64,000 bases of DNA from an uncultured bacterium (GCA_964535215.1 CAZHST010000001.1:82621-146620), one strand, 5' to 3'. Numbered from the stretch's first letter, positions 16,924 through 26,336 are shown. The notes: a model not told the origin generated them from the letters alone. Numbers and translations are program-made.

Positions 16924-18183
16924 ATGGAACCTGTGAACGAGCGGTTATGGTCCGCGCTCCAGCAGGTGAGCGGGTATATCTATCCCAATGAGATTGAGCT
17001 CCACTGGGGCCTCCTGATCGTGATCTACCCGTATATTACCGGACTCGTGGCAGGGGCCTTTATCCTGGCCTCCCTGGAGAAGGTCTTCAACGTGAGGGAG
17101 GTGGCGCCTACCTACCGGCTGTCTCTCCTGACCGCCCTTGCGTTCCTGATCGTCGCACCCCTTCCGCTCCTGGCGCACCTCGGGCACCCTGAGCGGGCTT
17201 ATGAGATCTTCTTCACCCCTAACCTCCGATCGGCCATGGCGGCGTTTGGTTTTGTCTATGCCTGGTATCTGATGGCGGTGCTTTTGCTCGAGATCTGGTT
17301 TGAGTACAGGAAGGATCTTATCCTGTGGTCCCATGAGGAGAAGGGGTTGAAGAGGTTCGTTCATAGGCTTATCGCCCTTTTCTCCACGGACATCTCGGAG
17401 GAGGCCCTCCGGTTTGATCAGAAGGCCGCGGAGGTGATCACCATCGTCGGGATCCCGTCCGCCTTCCTGCTTCATGGATACGTGGGCTTTATCTTCGGCT
17501 CCGTTAAGGCCAATCCGTGGTGGAGCAGCGTCCTGATCCCGATCGTGTTCCTCGCCTCCGCCATCGTTTCCGGGATCGCTTTGGTTCTTCTCCTCTACAT
17601 GATCATCACGCTCCTTCGCTCGGAAGAGATCGACATGAGATGCCTCGACAGGCTGGCCGAGTTTCTCCTGTATGCCCTCATCGTTGACTTCTCCCTGGAG
17701 ATCCTGGATTTTATTCACCGGTTGTATGAATCGGAGGAGTCTATCAAGATCCTCTCCAGGATGATCTCCAGCAAACTCTTCATCAGTCTCATCGTCATGC
17801 AGGTCCTTTTGGGAACGTTACTACCGGCGGTTGCCTTGGCCGCCTTTCGATTTTCCCGTCTTCCCGAGGAGCTGAGGAGGCTGGCGTACTTCATCTCTGC
17901 CATCATGATCGAGATTGGTATCTTCAGCACCCGCTGGAACGTGGTGATAGGGGGGCAGCTCTTCTCCAAAAGTCTCAGGGGGCTGACCGTGTACAAGATT
18001 GAGCTGATGGGGTCTGAGGGGCTGTTTATGTCCATGATCCTCCTCACCCTTCCCTTCCTGATCCTTTACGGGTTGCTAAAGGTTTTGCCCCCCTGGCGGG
18101 CTTCTCGCCAAGCCGGGTCTCTTGCCTTACCGGCTGAAATGGAACTATCCTCTGGGCGGGGCGGATCCGGGCCCATGCCCTGA
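16924..18183 (+). CDS. NrfD/PsrC-family quinone-interacting integral membrane subunit
   Basis: 419 aa with about 8-10 TM helices. It directly follows the NrfC-like gene, the typical pairing. Confidence 0.8.
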   Translation: MEPVNERLWSALQQVSGYIYPNEIELHWGLLIVIYPYITGLVAGAFILASLEKVFNVREVAPTYRLSLLTALAFLIVAPLPLLAHLGHPERAYEIFFTPNLRSAMAAFGFVYAWYLMAVLLLEIWFEYRKDLILWSHEEKGLKRFVHRLIALFSTDISEEALRFDQKAAEVITIVGIPSAFLLHGYVGFIFGSVKANPWWSSVLIPIVFLASAIVSGIALVLLLYMIITLLRSEEIDMRCLDRLAEFLLYALIVDFSLEILDFIHRLYESEESIKILSRMISSKLFISLIVMQVLLGTLLPAVALAAFRFSRLPEELRRLAYFISAIMIEIGIFSTRWNVVIGGQLFSKSLRGLTVYKIELMGSEGLFMSMILLTLPFLILYGLLKVLPPWRASRQAGSLALPAEMELSSGRGGSGPMP

Positions 18184-18299
18184 GGGTGGAGGAGAAGGAG
18201 CGGGGGTTCGGTGGTCGGGTTCAAAGGGGACGAGGAGCCTGGCCCCGGGGCTCCCGCGAGGTGAGGGAACCTGTTGTCAGCGCGAAGGAGGGAGAAACG

Positions 18300-18653
18300 A
18301 TGGATCAGAGACGGAGTCTGGTGGTGGTCTTTGTGGTCGTGTTCCTGGCCTTCGGTTTGGCCCTGGGATCGGCCCTGGCCCAGCAGAAACCCAAGATGCC
18401 GGCCGATTTCTCCTTTGAGAAAGGGAAAGGAAGCCCGGGGACAGTCACCTTCAGCCACGAGAAGCACTTCGACAAGAACCTGAAATGTACCGAGTGCCAC
18501 GTCAAGGTCTTCAAGATGAAGAAGGGGACCTCGGGGAAGCTCACGATGGCGGCCATGAACGAGGGGAAGTTCTGCGGGGCCTGCCATAACGGGAGCAAGG
18601 CGTTCAGCACGAAGGACACGGCGGGTTGCACCCGGTGCCATGTGAAAGGGTAA
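18300..18653 (+). CDS. Trihaem c7/c3-type periplasmic cytochrome
   Basis: ATG 18300 after GAAGGAGGGAG. Signal peptide. Motifs CTECH, CGACH and CTRCH, plus VTFSHEKH. Confidence 0.85.
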   Translation: MDQRRSLVVVFVVVFLAFGLALGSALAQQKPKMPADFSFEKGKGSPGTVTFSHEKHFDKNLKCTECHVKVFKMKKGTSGKLTMAAMNEGKFCGACHNGSKAFSTKDTAGCTRCHVKG

Positions 18654-20086
18654 AGGCTGAAAGGGGTGTAGCTTCCTGGGGGGAGGGCCCTTTCAGCGAC
18701 CTTCTCTCTTTGGTCGTTTTCCTCCTCATGGGAATCCTTCCGGCGTTTGCTGAAGGGTCCCCCCCCTCCTCCGAGGACTGCCTCGCCTGCCACAGCGACC
18801 GGGAGCTGTCCAAAGCAGGGCCAGGGGGGCGCCTCATCTCCCTTTACGTTGATCAGGCCTCCTTCCAAGGATCAGTCCACGGCTCCCTTCCCTGCGTCCG
18901 GTGCCACACCGATGCAACGGCGATCCCCCATCCCGAGACCTTGAAAAAGGTCCGCTGTAAGCGTTGTCACGAGGTGATCCTCTCCGGGGCCCACGCTGGC
19001 CAAAGGGGGAGGGGGCCGACCTGCGCGGCCTGCCATGGTTCCCATGGGATCCGACCGGCCCTGGAAGCGGAGCCCGGGATCTGCCGAACCTGCCACGGGG
19101 CCGTTGTCAAGGTGTATGGGGAGAGCGTCCATGGCCGGGGCTTGGCCCGGGGGGAGCAGGAGGTCGCCTCGTGCCACCACTGCCACGGTCCAGCCCACGA
19201 GGTGAAGAAGGCGCGGGACCCTGGCTCCCCCGTCTATCCCTTGAACCTCCCCCGGACCTGCGGGGTCTGTCACGGCGATCCCGAGCTCGCCAAGCGGCAC
19301 GGCATCCCCGTGGCGAACGCGTACCAGCTGTACATGGACTCGATCCACGGCCGGGCCCTGGCGAAAAGCGGCCTCCTGGTTGCAGCCAACTGCTCGAGCT
19401 GCCACGGGTTTCATGAGATCAAACCAAAGGACGATCCAGCTTCTAAGGTCTACCGGACGAACATCCCGGGCACCTGCGGGGCCTGCCACGCCGGCATCCT
19501 GGATGACTACTTCGAGGGAGTTCATGGGGAGGCGGTCAGGGCCGGAAAGCTGGCGGCCCCGGTCTGCATGGACTGCCACACGGCCCACGAGATCGCCCGG
19601 GTCGAGACGGTGGCCTGGCAACTGGAGATTGTCAGGGAGTGCGGGACCTGTCATCAGGAGTCTTTGAGGACCTACCGGGACACCTTCCACGGGCAGGTGA
19701 CGGCCTTGGGCTTTACCCGCGTGGCCCGCTGCTCCGATTGCCACGGGGCCCACCGGATCCTCCCCGCCTCCAATCCCCGGTCTTCCATCGCGCCGGCAAA
19801 CCTGGTCGCCACCTGCCGGAGGTGTCACCCAAGGGCGAATGAGAACTTTGTCCGCTTCTCCCCCCATGCCGACCCGACGAACAAAGACCGGAACCCGGGC
19901 CTCTACTATGCTGCCCGCTTTATGAACATCCTCATGATCGGGGTCTTCGCCTTCTTCGGTCTCCATACCTCCCTGTGGCTCTCCCGCTCCCTTCTCGAGC
20001 GGGCAAGGCCGAGGAGGCCGCCGGAGGAGCCTGAGGAGCCGGACCAGAAGGAAGGGGAGGGAGGGGATGGAGCGAAAGAGCCTTGA
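18626..20086 (+). CDS. Multihaem cytochrome c (13 CxxCH) with a C-terminal TM helix
   Basis: Thirteen CxxCH motifs counted in the translation. C-terminal helix MNILMIGVFAFFGL. Start uncertain; ATG 18626 overlaps the previous gene by 28 nt. Confidence 0.85.
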   Translation: MHPVPCERVKAERGVASWGEGPFSDLLSLVVFLLMGILPAFAEGSPPSSEDCLACHSDRELSKAGPGGRLISLYVDQASFQGSVHGSLPCVRCHTDATAIPHPETLKKVRCKRCHEVILSGAHAGQRGRGPTCAACHGSHGIRPALEAEPGICRTCHGAVVKVYGESVHGRGLARGEQEVASCHHCHGPAHEVKKARDPGSPVYPLNLPRTCGVCHGDPELAKRHGIPVANAYQLYMDSIHGRALAKSGLLVAANCSSCHGFHEIKPKDDPASKVYRTNIPGTCGACHAGILDDYFEGVHGEAVRAGKLAAPVCMDCHTAHEIARVETVAWQLEIVRECGTCHQESLRTYRDTFHGQVTALGFTRVARCSDCHGAHRILPASNPRSSIAPANLVATCRRCHPRANENFVRFSPHADPTNKDRNPGLYYAARFMNILMIGVFAFFGLHTSLWLSRSLLERARPRRPPEEPEEPDQKEGEGGDGAKEP

Positions 20087-20906
20087 CCAGGCCCCGCGAT
20101 ACCACCTCAGGATCCACCTCTACCACCGGATCCTGCACGGCCTCCTGATGACGAGCTTTCTGGGGCTGGCCGCCACGGGGATGCCCCTTCGGTTCAACCG
20201 GGCGGCCTGGGCTGTTGGCTTCGCCCACACCATCGGAGGCTTCGGGGCGATCCTCTTCTTCCACAAGACCTTTGCCGTCCTCCTGACCCTCTGCTTCCTC
20301 CTCCATCTCGGGTATGTCTTCCACCTGGCCTTTGTCCGAGGGGAGGTCGGCGTCTTCTGGGGCCCCTCCTCCATGGTCCCCCAGCCCAAGGACTTCCTGG
20401 ACATGTTCCAGCACTTCCGGTGGTTCTTCGGGATGGGGCCGAAGCCCCGATTCGGCCGTTTCACCTACTGGGAGAAGTTCGACTACTGGGCCGTCTTCTG
20501 GGGGATGGCCATCATCGGCACCTCAGGCTATGTGATGTGGTTCTCCTCGTTCTTTGCCAGGTTCCTCCCGGGGTGGGTCTTCAACATCGCCCTTCTGATC
20601 CACGCCGACGAGGCCCTTTTGGCAGTCTGGTTCATCTTCGCCATCCACTTCTTCAACAGTCACCTCCGCCCCGGCAAGTTCCCTCTGGATCTCGTCATCT
20701 TCACCGGAAGGGTGAGCGAGGAGGAGCTTCAGGAGGAGCGTCCGGCAGAGTATGAACGCCTGGTCAAGGAGGGGGGCGTAAAGGCCGTTTGGGTCGATCC
20801 CCCGCCGCTGTGGCTGAAGAACTTCGGGAGGATCGTCGGGTTCACCGTGGTCTTTACCGGCTTCCTCCTGTTCGGCCTGACCCTCCTGGCCTTCTTGAAC
20901 GAATGA
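20067..20906 (+). CDS. FdnI/HydC-type dihaem cytochrome b membrane protein
   Basis: Four to five TM helices with conserved His residues (HRILHGLL, FHKTF, HADEAL, HFFNSH). Architecture of the Ni/Fe-hydrogenase b-type cytochrome family. Confidence 0.75.
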   Translation: MERKSLDQAPRYHLRIHLYHRILHGLLMTSFLGLAATGMPLRFNRAAWAVGFAHTIGGFGAILFFHKTFAVLLTLCFLLHLGYVFHLAFVRGEVGVFWGPSSMVPQPKDFLDMFQHFRWFFGMGPKPRFGRFTYWEKFDYWAVFWGMAIIGTSGYVMWFSSFFARFLPGWVFNIALLIHADEALLAVWFIFAIHFFNSHLRPGKFPLDLVIFTGRVSEEELQEERPAEYERLVKEGGVKAVWVDPPPLWLKNFGRIVGFTVVFTGFLLFGLTLLAFLNE

Positions 20907-21979
20907 CGATGGGTGCGAAATATTTCAGGGGATGGCTAGGGGGGGGAGCCGCCATTGTTGTCCTCCTGCTGGCGGTGGCCTCCTCGGGTGCAGAACCGCT
21001 TCCGTCGGAGGTGGAGTTTTGCCTTTCCTGCCATAGCGAGAAGACCTTGGAGCTGACCCTGAGGAGCGGGGAGAGGCGCTCCCTCTTCGTGGACGGGAAG
21101 GTCTTTGCCCGCTCCATCCACGGGGACAAGCTCTCCTGTACCGATTGCCACCGGGACATCGAGGCCTATCCCCACCCGGAGAGGGTGTTCAGGAACCTGC
21201 GCGAGTTTACCCTGGCCTACTACGAGAGCTGCAAGGGATGCCACTTCGACAACTACACGAAGACCCTGGACAGCGTGCACTACCGGGTCCTCGCCAGGGG
21301 GGACCTGAGGGCCCCTCTCTGCGTTGATTGCCATGGGGCCCACGACGTGACTGACCCTGACCTGCCCAGATCCAGGATCTCCAGGACCTGTGCGACGTGC
21401 CACGGGGAGGTGTACCAGCGGTACGCCGGGAGCGTCCACGGCAAGGCCCTCCTCCAGGAGGGGAACGTGGATGTCCCCGTCTGCACCGACTGCCACCGCT
21501 CCCACGATATCGAGGACCCCCGGACCGCCTCCTTCCGTTTGAAGACCCCCGAGCTCTGCGCCACATGCCACACCAACGGGGAGCTCATGAGGAGGTACGG
21601 CCTCTCGACCAACGTCCTCCAGACATACCTGAAGGATTTTCACGGGATGACGGCGTCCTTCTACAGGAGAGAGCAGATCACGCCGGCTGCCTTCACCGCC
21701 GTCTGCACCGATTGCCACGGCGTTCATGAGATCTTACCGGTCAAGGATCCAAGATCCGCTGTGATGAAGGCGAACCTGGTCAGGGTCTGCCGGAAGTGCC
21801 ACCCGGAGGCCACAGAGAATTTCCCGGCGGCCTGGCTCTCCCACTACGAGCCGAGCCCCGAGAAGGCCCCGCTGGTTTACTACACGAAGCTCTTCTACCA
21901 GTTCTTCATCCCCTTCGTCGTCTTGGGGTTGGTTCTCCAGATCCTCCTCCACCTCTGGCGGGTTGTCGTCAACCGGTGA
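20903..21979 (+). CDS. Multihaem cytochrome c (9 CxxCH) with a C-terminal TM helix
   Basis: ATGA overlap with the previous stop. Signal peptide and nine CxxCH motifs. Its C-terminus is homologous to that of the 13-haem protein (CR[RK]CHP..[NT]ENF). Confidence 0.85.
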   Translation: MTMGAKYFRGWLGGGAAIVVLLLAVASSGAEPLPSEVEFCLSCHSEKTLELTLRSGERRSLFVDGKVFARSIHGDKLSCTDCHRDIEAYPHPERVFRNLREFTLAYYESCKGCHFDNYTKTLDSVHYRVLARGDLRAPLCVDCHGAHDVTDPDLPRSRISRTCATCHGEVYQRYAGSVHGKALLQEGNVDVPVCTDCHRSHDIEDPRTASFRLKTPELCATCHTNGELMRRYGLSTNVLQTYLKDFHGMTASFYRREQITPAAFTAVCTDCHGVHEILPVKDPRSAVMKANLVRVCRKCHPEATENFPAAWLSHYEPSPEKAPLVYYTKLFYQFFIPFVVLGLVLQILLHLWRVVVNR

Positions 21980-21988
21980 ATTTGGGAG

Positions 21989-22741
21989 ATGAGGCGGGAA
22001 ACGTCGGGATACGTGATCCGGTTCAGCGTGAGGCAGCGGGTCGAGCACCTCCTCATCATGGTGCTCTTCCTCATCCTCGCCTTAACGGGTCTCCCCCAGA
22101 AGTTCTTCGAGGCGGGGTGGGCCCAGGGGTTGATCCTCCAGCTGGGCGGGATTGATCGGGTCCGCTGGTTCCACCGCACCGCCGGCCTCCTCTTCACCCT
22201 GGTGGCCATCGAGCATCTAGGGGTCATCCTCTCGTTGGCCGCGCTGAAGCGGATCAAGCTTAGCATGATCCCGGCCAAGAAGGACTTTCAGGATGCCATT
22301 CTTATGCTACGATATTATCTGGGGCTCTCGGAGGAGCAGGCCCAGTTCGACCGGTATGACTACCGGCAGAAGTTTGAGTACTGGGGCCTGGTCTTCGGCG
22401 GGGTGGTCATGATCCTCACCGGGTTTCTCCTCTACTTCCCGACCTTCTTCACCCGCTTCCTCCCGGGTGAGGTGATTCCGGCGGCGAAGGTGGCCCACTC
22501 GAGCGAGGGGCTCCTGGCGTTCCTGGTGGTGATCATCTGGCACGTCTACAACGCCCACCTGAACCCCGACGTCTTCCCCTTCGACGCCTCGATCTTCACC
22601 GGGAGGATCAGCGAGGAGCGGATGCGGAAGGAGCATCCCTTGGAGCACGCCCGTCTTGCCGCAAAGGGGGAAGCGGCGGCCTTCAAGGAGGAGACGGCCG
22701 AGAGCCTTTCCCGGGAAACCAACGGCGATAAACCACCTTAG
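21989..22741 (+). CDS. FdnI/HydC-type dihaem cytochrome b membrane protein (second copy)
   Basis: Paralog of 20067..20906 ([27 protein letters not shown]). It follows the 9-haem cytochrome. Confidence 0.75.
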   Translation: MRRETSGYVIRFSVRQRVEHLLIMVLFLILALTGLPQKFFEAGWAQGLILQLGGIDRVRWFHRTAGLLFTLVAIEHLGVILSLAALKRIKLSMIPAKKDFQDAILMLRYYLGLSEEQAQFDRYDYRQKFEYWGLVFGGVVMILTGFLLYFPTFFTRFLPGEVIPAAKVAHSSEGLLAFLVVIIWHVYNAHLNPDVFPFDASIFTGRISEERMRKEHPLEHARLAAKGEAAAFKEETAESLSRETNGDKPP

Positions 22742-22750
22742 CGTCATCGG

Positions 22751-24643
22751 ATGAACCCCTTCCGTTTCTTCAAGAGGAGCCTTCGGGGGCGGATCATCCT
22801 CCTGGTCGGCCTGGGGATGGTGGCCCTGGCAGGGATCCTCCGACTCTCCAGCCTGTGGGAGAGCCGGCTCCTCTTCGATCGGGCCTTAAGCGAACGTCAG
22901 CGTCTCGCCCAGGCGTTGGCTGACCATCTGGACTACATCCTCAAGTCGAACCTGATCATCCTCCAGGATGTGGCCCTGGGAGCCAGGGAAGGCCTCGGGA
23001 GGGGTGATCTGAAATCCGTGAAAGCGGCCCTCCGGGAGGCCTACCTTCGCTCCCTCTTCACCGAAGGGGTCTTCCTCCTGGACCGGAGGGGTCGGATCGT
23101 CTGGATCGAACCCCAGCGCCCTTCCCGGATGCACGAGGACTTCTCCTCCCTCCCCCCGGTCCGCCGGGCCCTGGAGGCCGGAAGGCCGGAGGTCTCGGAC
23201 CTTGTCATCAATGGGGGGAAACGGATCTATGCCGTGGTGCCGATCCGGGACTGGGGCGGGGAGCTGGTGGGGGCCGTGGGGGGGACCCTCGACCCCGGGA
23301 GCCCCCGCTTCCGCTCCCTCCTCCACCCGATCCGGCTCGGCGACACGACCTATCTGGAACTCGTGGACGGCCACGGGATCGTCCTGGCCTCGACGAAGGC
23401 AGGGCGGGCTTTCCTGGAGAGTGACCACGGCCGCTTCCTGGCCGGTTTGATCCAGGAGAGGAGATCGGTGGTCGGGACCTGCCACAGTTGCCACGAAGGG
23501 GAGGGGCTTTCGGGGCGGGAGAGGGAGGTCATCGCCTTTGCCCCGTTGACCGCTGCCCCCTGGGGGATCAGCATCCGTCAGGCCGAAAAGGAGGCCCTGG
23601 CTCCGGCCTTCACAATAGAGCGGCGCCTCTTTTTCCTTGGCTCCCTGACGATCCTTCTGGCGCTCCTCTTCGCCTGGGGAGTGGCCAGGAGTGTGACGAA
23701 GCCCTTAGGCGTCCTGACCCAAGCCGCCCAACGGATTGCCAGCGGGGACCTGGATGAGCCGATCCCGCCCCTAGGCGAGGACGAGATCGGCCGCCTGGCC
23801 CGATCCTTCGATCAGATGCGGGCGGCGCTCCAGGCCTCTCTGGAGGCGATCTCGGAAGGGAAGCGGGAGCTGGAGAGGAGGGTGCAGGAGCGGACGAGGG
23901 AGCTGGAGAGCCTCTATCAGGAGCTTCGGAGGAAAGAGGAGCTTCGGGGGGAGCTGTTAAAGAAGGTGATCGTGGCCCAGGAGGAGGAACGGAGGCGGAT
24001 CGCCCGGGAGCTCCACGACGAAACCAGTCAGGCCCTGGCCGCCCTCCTCCTGTCCGTCGAGACGGGCATCCAAAGCCCTCCCCAGGAGGTCAGGGAGAGG
24101 CTCCACCGGATAAAGGCCCTGGCCGATCGGACCCTGGACAGCATTCACCGCCTGATCTTCGATCTCCGCCCCTCCGTCCTGGACGATCTCGGCCTCGTTT
24201 CAGCCCTCCGGTGGTCCGCCGAGAGTCGCCTGGAGCCTATGGGGATTGACCTCTCCTTTGAGGTCATCGGATCGGAGCGGAGGCTTCCACCCGAGATCGA
24301 GACGGCCCTCTTCAGGATCGGCCAGGAGGCCATCACCAACATCGCGAGGCATGCCGAAGCCGAGGGGGTCAGGATCACGGTCGAGTTCGGCGAGGAGGTC
24401 GTCCGCCTCCAGGTCGAGGACGACGGGAAGGGGTTTGACCCTGAAGAGGTGACCAGGTCTGTCAAAGGGGCTCGGGGGTTGGGGCTCCTCGGGATGAGGG
24501 AGCGGACGGCCCTCTTGGAGGGGACCCTCACCATCCAGTCCGAGCCGGGAGGGGGGACGCGGGTGACTGTGGAGGTCCCCCTGCCGGGGCTTCGGACCGG
24601 GACGCCAGGCGCCCATGAAGATCAGGGTTCTCATCGCCGATGA
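22751..24643 (+). CDS. Sensor histidine kinase (HAMP, HisKA_3, HATPase) with a CxxCH motif in the periplasmic sensor domain
   Basis: Two TM helices flank a sensor domain of about 270 aa that contains VVGTCHSCHEG. HAMP domain. The H-box is RIARELHDETSQ (NarX/LiaS type). G-boxes present. Confidence 0.9.
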   Translation: MNPFRFFKRSLRGRIILLVGLGMVALAGILRLSSLWESRLLFDRALSERQRLAQALADHLDYILKSNLIILQDVALGAREGLGRGDLKSVKAALREAYLRSLFTEGVFLLDRRGRIVWIEPQRPSRMHEDFSSLPPVRRALEAGRPEVSDLVINGGKRIYAVVPIRDWGGELVGAVGGTLDPGSPRFRSLLHPIRLGDTTYLELVDGHGIVLASTKAGRAFLESDHGRFLAGLIQERRSVVGTCHSCHEGEGLSGREREVIAFAPLTAAPWGISIRQAEKEALAPAFTIERRLFFLGSLTILLALLFAWGVARSVTKPLGVLTQAAQRIASGDLDEPIPPLGEDEIGRLARSFDQMRAALQASLEAISEGKRELERRVQERTRELESLYQELRRKEELRGELLKKVIVAQEEERRRIARELHDETSQALAALLLSVETGIQSPPQEVRERLHRIKALADRTLDSIHRLIFDLRPSVLDDLGLVSALRWSAESRLEPMGIDLSFEVIGSERRLPPEIETALFRIGQEAITNIARHAEAEGVRITVEFGEEVVRLQVEDDGKGFDPEEVTRSVKGARGLGLLGMRERTALLEGTLTIQSEPGGGTRVTVEVPLPGLRTGTPGAHEDQGSHRR

Positions 24644-25262
24644 CCATGCCCTCTTCCGGGAGGGGATCAGGATCCTCCTCTCCGGCTATGACGATCTGGA
24701 GGTGGTGGGGGAGGCGGCCGACGGGAGGGAGGCCATCGAGCGGGCAAGGGAATGCCGCCCCGACATCGTCCTGATGGACATCGCCATGCCGGGGTTGGGG
24801 GGGCTGGAGGCGACCCTGGAGCTGAAGAAACTCCTTCCCGGGGTGAAGATCCTGATCCTCACCCAATACGACAACCGGGAGTACCTCTACCGCTTCTTCA
24901 AGGCCGGGGTTTCGGGTTACGTGTTGAAGCGGGCGGCGGGGACCGAACTGGTCGCCGCCATCAGGGCCGTGTATCAGGGGGGAATCTTCCTCCACCCGGA
25001 GGTCGCCCCCGCCGTTGTCGAAGGGTATCTGGGGGGGCTCAGGCCTTCCGAACAGGAGGATGCCTATGAGACCTTGACGGATCGGGAGAAGCAGGTCTTG
25101 AAGCTGGTCGCCGAGGGGAAGACCAACAAGGAGATCGCCGGCATCCTGGGGATCAGCGTGAAGACTGCCATGGGCCACCGGGCGAACCTGATGGAGAAGC
25201 TCGGCATCCATAACAGGGCCGAGCTGGTCAAGTTCGCCCTTCGGCGGGGGATCATCGAGTAA
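24615..25262 (+). CDS. NarL/FixJ-family response regulator (REC plus LuxR HTH)
   Basis: IRVLIADDH...VLMDIAMPG receiver domain. C-terminal LTDREKQVLKLVAEGKTNKEIA HTH motif. Confidence 0.9.
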   Translation: MKIRVLIADDHALFREGIRILLSGYDDLEVVGEAADGREAIERARECRPDIVLMDIAMPGLGGLEATLELKKLLPGVKILILTQYDNREYLYRFFKAGVSGYVLKRAAGTELVAAIRAVYQGGIFLHPEVAPAVVEGYLGGLRPSEQEDAYETLTDREKQVLKLVAEGKTNKEIAGILGISVKTAMGHRANLMEKLGIHNRAELVKFALRRGIIE

Positions 25263-25563
25263 CGGGTCGCCCGAGGGGTTCCCCAACGGGTCCCGTCGCG
25301 CGAAAAAACCTTTGATCTTTGAGAGAATTGGGGTAGAGTTAAAAACGGTGTTCACCCAGAGGATCCGGAGAGTGGGGTAGCGTCGCCAAGATTCGATCTG
25401 TTCACGCCTGGAAGCGCCTTTCTGGACGCTCGCTCGCCCAGGAGGGCGCTTTCTCTTTTCCTGAGGAGATCGTCTTCTTTGGAGGGGGGAGGGCCAGGAA
25501 ACAGGGAAAAGAGCGGCGGAGTTCTACGGGGGCTTGGGTGCCGGCGTCGAAGGAGGACGGGCG

Positions 25564-26253
25564 ATGGCCGAGGATGTCTTGGAGCTGATTGCGAACACTT
25601 CGGATGGTGTTTTCGCCGTTCGCAACGACCACCGGATCATCTTGTGGAATAAAGGGGCCGAAGCCCTGCTCGGGTTCCGGGCCAAGGAGGTTCTCGGGAG
25701 GTATTGCTATGACGTGCTCGGCGGCATTGATCAATCGCGCCACCCGATCTGTTACAAAGGTTGTCAAGCCCTGGTCGCAGCCGGCCGGGGGAAGCTGGTC
25801 CCCACCCGGAACCTGGCGACGCGAACGAAGATCGGGCAGGAGATCTGGTTGAACATGACCTCCATCGTGATTCCCTCCAAGCGAAATGATCTCGTGATCC
25901 TCGTCCACATCTTCCGGGACTTTACCCGCCAGAAGGAGGTGGAGCAGTTCGTTCACCGTCTCCTCTCCAGCGTGGCCAAGCCCTCCTGGTGTGAGGGGTT
26001 CGAGGCTCTGCCCAACCCGCCTCCTTCCCATGGTCTTCCCGAGGATCTGACCTCGCGGGAGGTACAGGTCCTCCAGCTTCTGGCATTAGGGACGCCGACC
26101 AAAGCCATCGCCCAGAGGCTTTGCATCAGTCCCTCGACCGTCAAGAACCATATCCAGAACATCCTCAGCAAGCTGAAGGTACACAGCCGGGTTCAAGCCG
26201 TTGCGGTAGCCTTCCGGTACAACCTTATTCAGGGGACCGATTTCGTAGCATAG
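25564..26253 (+). CDS. PAS-domain LuxR-family transcriptional regulator with a conserved Cys cluster (paralog A)
   Basis: ATG after GAAGGAGGA. PAS-like IANTSDGVFAV..RIILWN..AE.LLGF.A.EVLGR.CY.VLG; LuxR HTH LTSREVQVLQLLALGTPTKAIA. Paralog of 56511..57203. Confidence 0.8.
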   Translation: MAEDVLELIANTSDGVFAVRNDHRIILWNKGAEALLGFRAKEVLGRYCYDVLGGIDQSRHPICYKGCQALVAAGRGKLVPTRNLATRTKIGQEIWLNMTSIVIPSKRNDLVILVHIFRDFTRQKEVEQFVHRLLSSVAKPSWCEGFEALPNPPPSHGLPEDLTSREVQVLQLLALGTPTKAIAQRLCISPSTVKNHIQNILSKLKVHSRVQAVAVAFRYNLIQGTDFVA

Positions 26254-26336
26254 GCCGGGGGGCCAGGGGAAAATGCGGCCCTCCTACCTTCCCTGGGAAG
26301 AGATGACACGCGGAAAGGTCGAGAGGAGGGAAAGAG

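Noticed and set aside
25330-25405. Duplicated GGGGTAG ... TGTTCAC motif pair upstream of the PAS-LuxR gene.
   Set aside because: The spacing differs between the two copies (12 versus 18 nt) and the motifs are short, so chance cannot be excluded. It is mentioned only as context in the PAS-LuxR finding.
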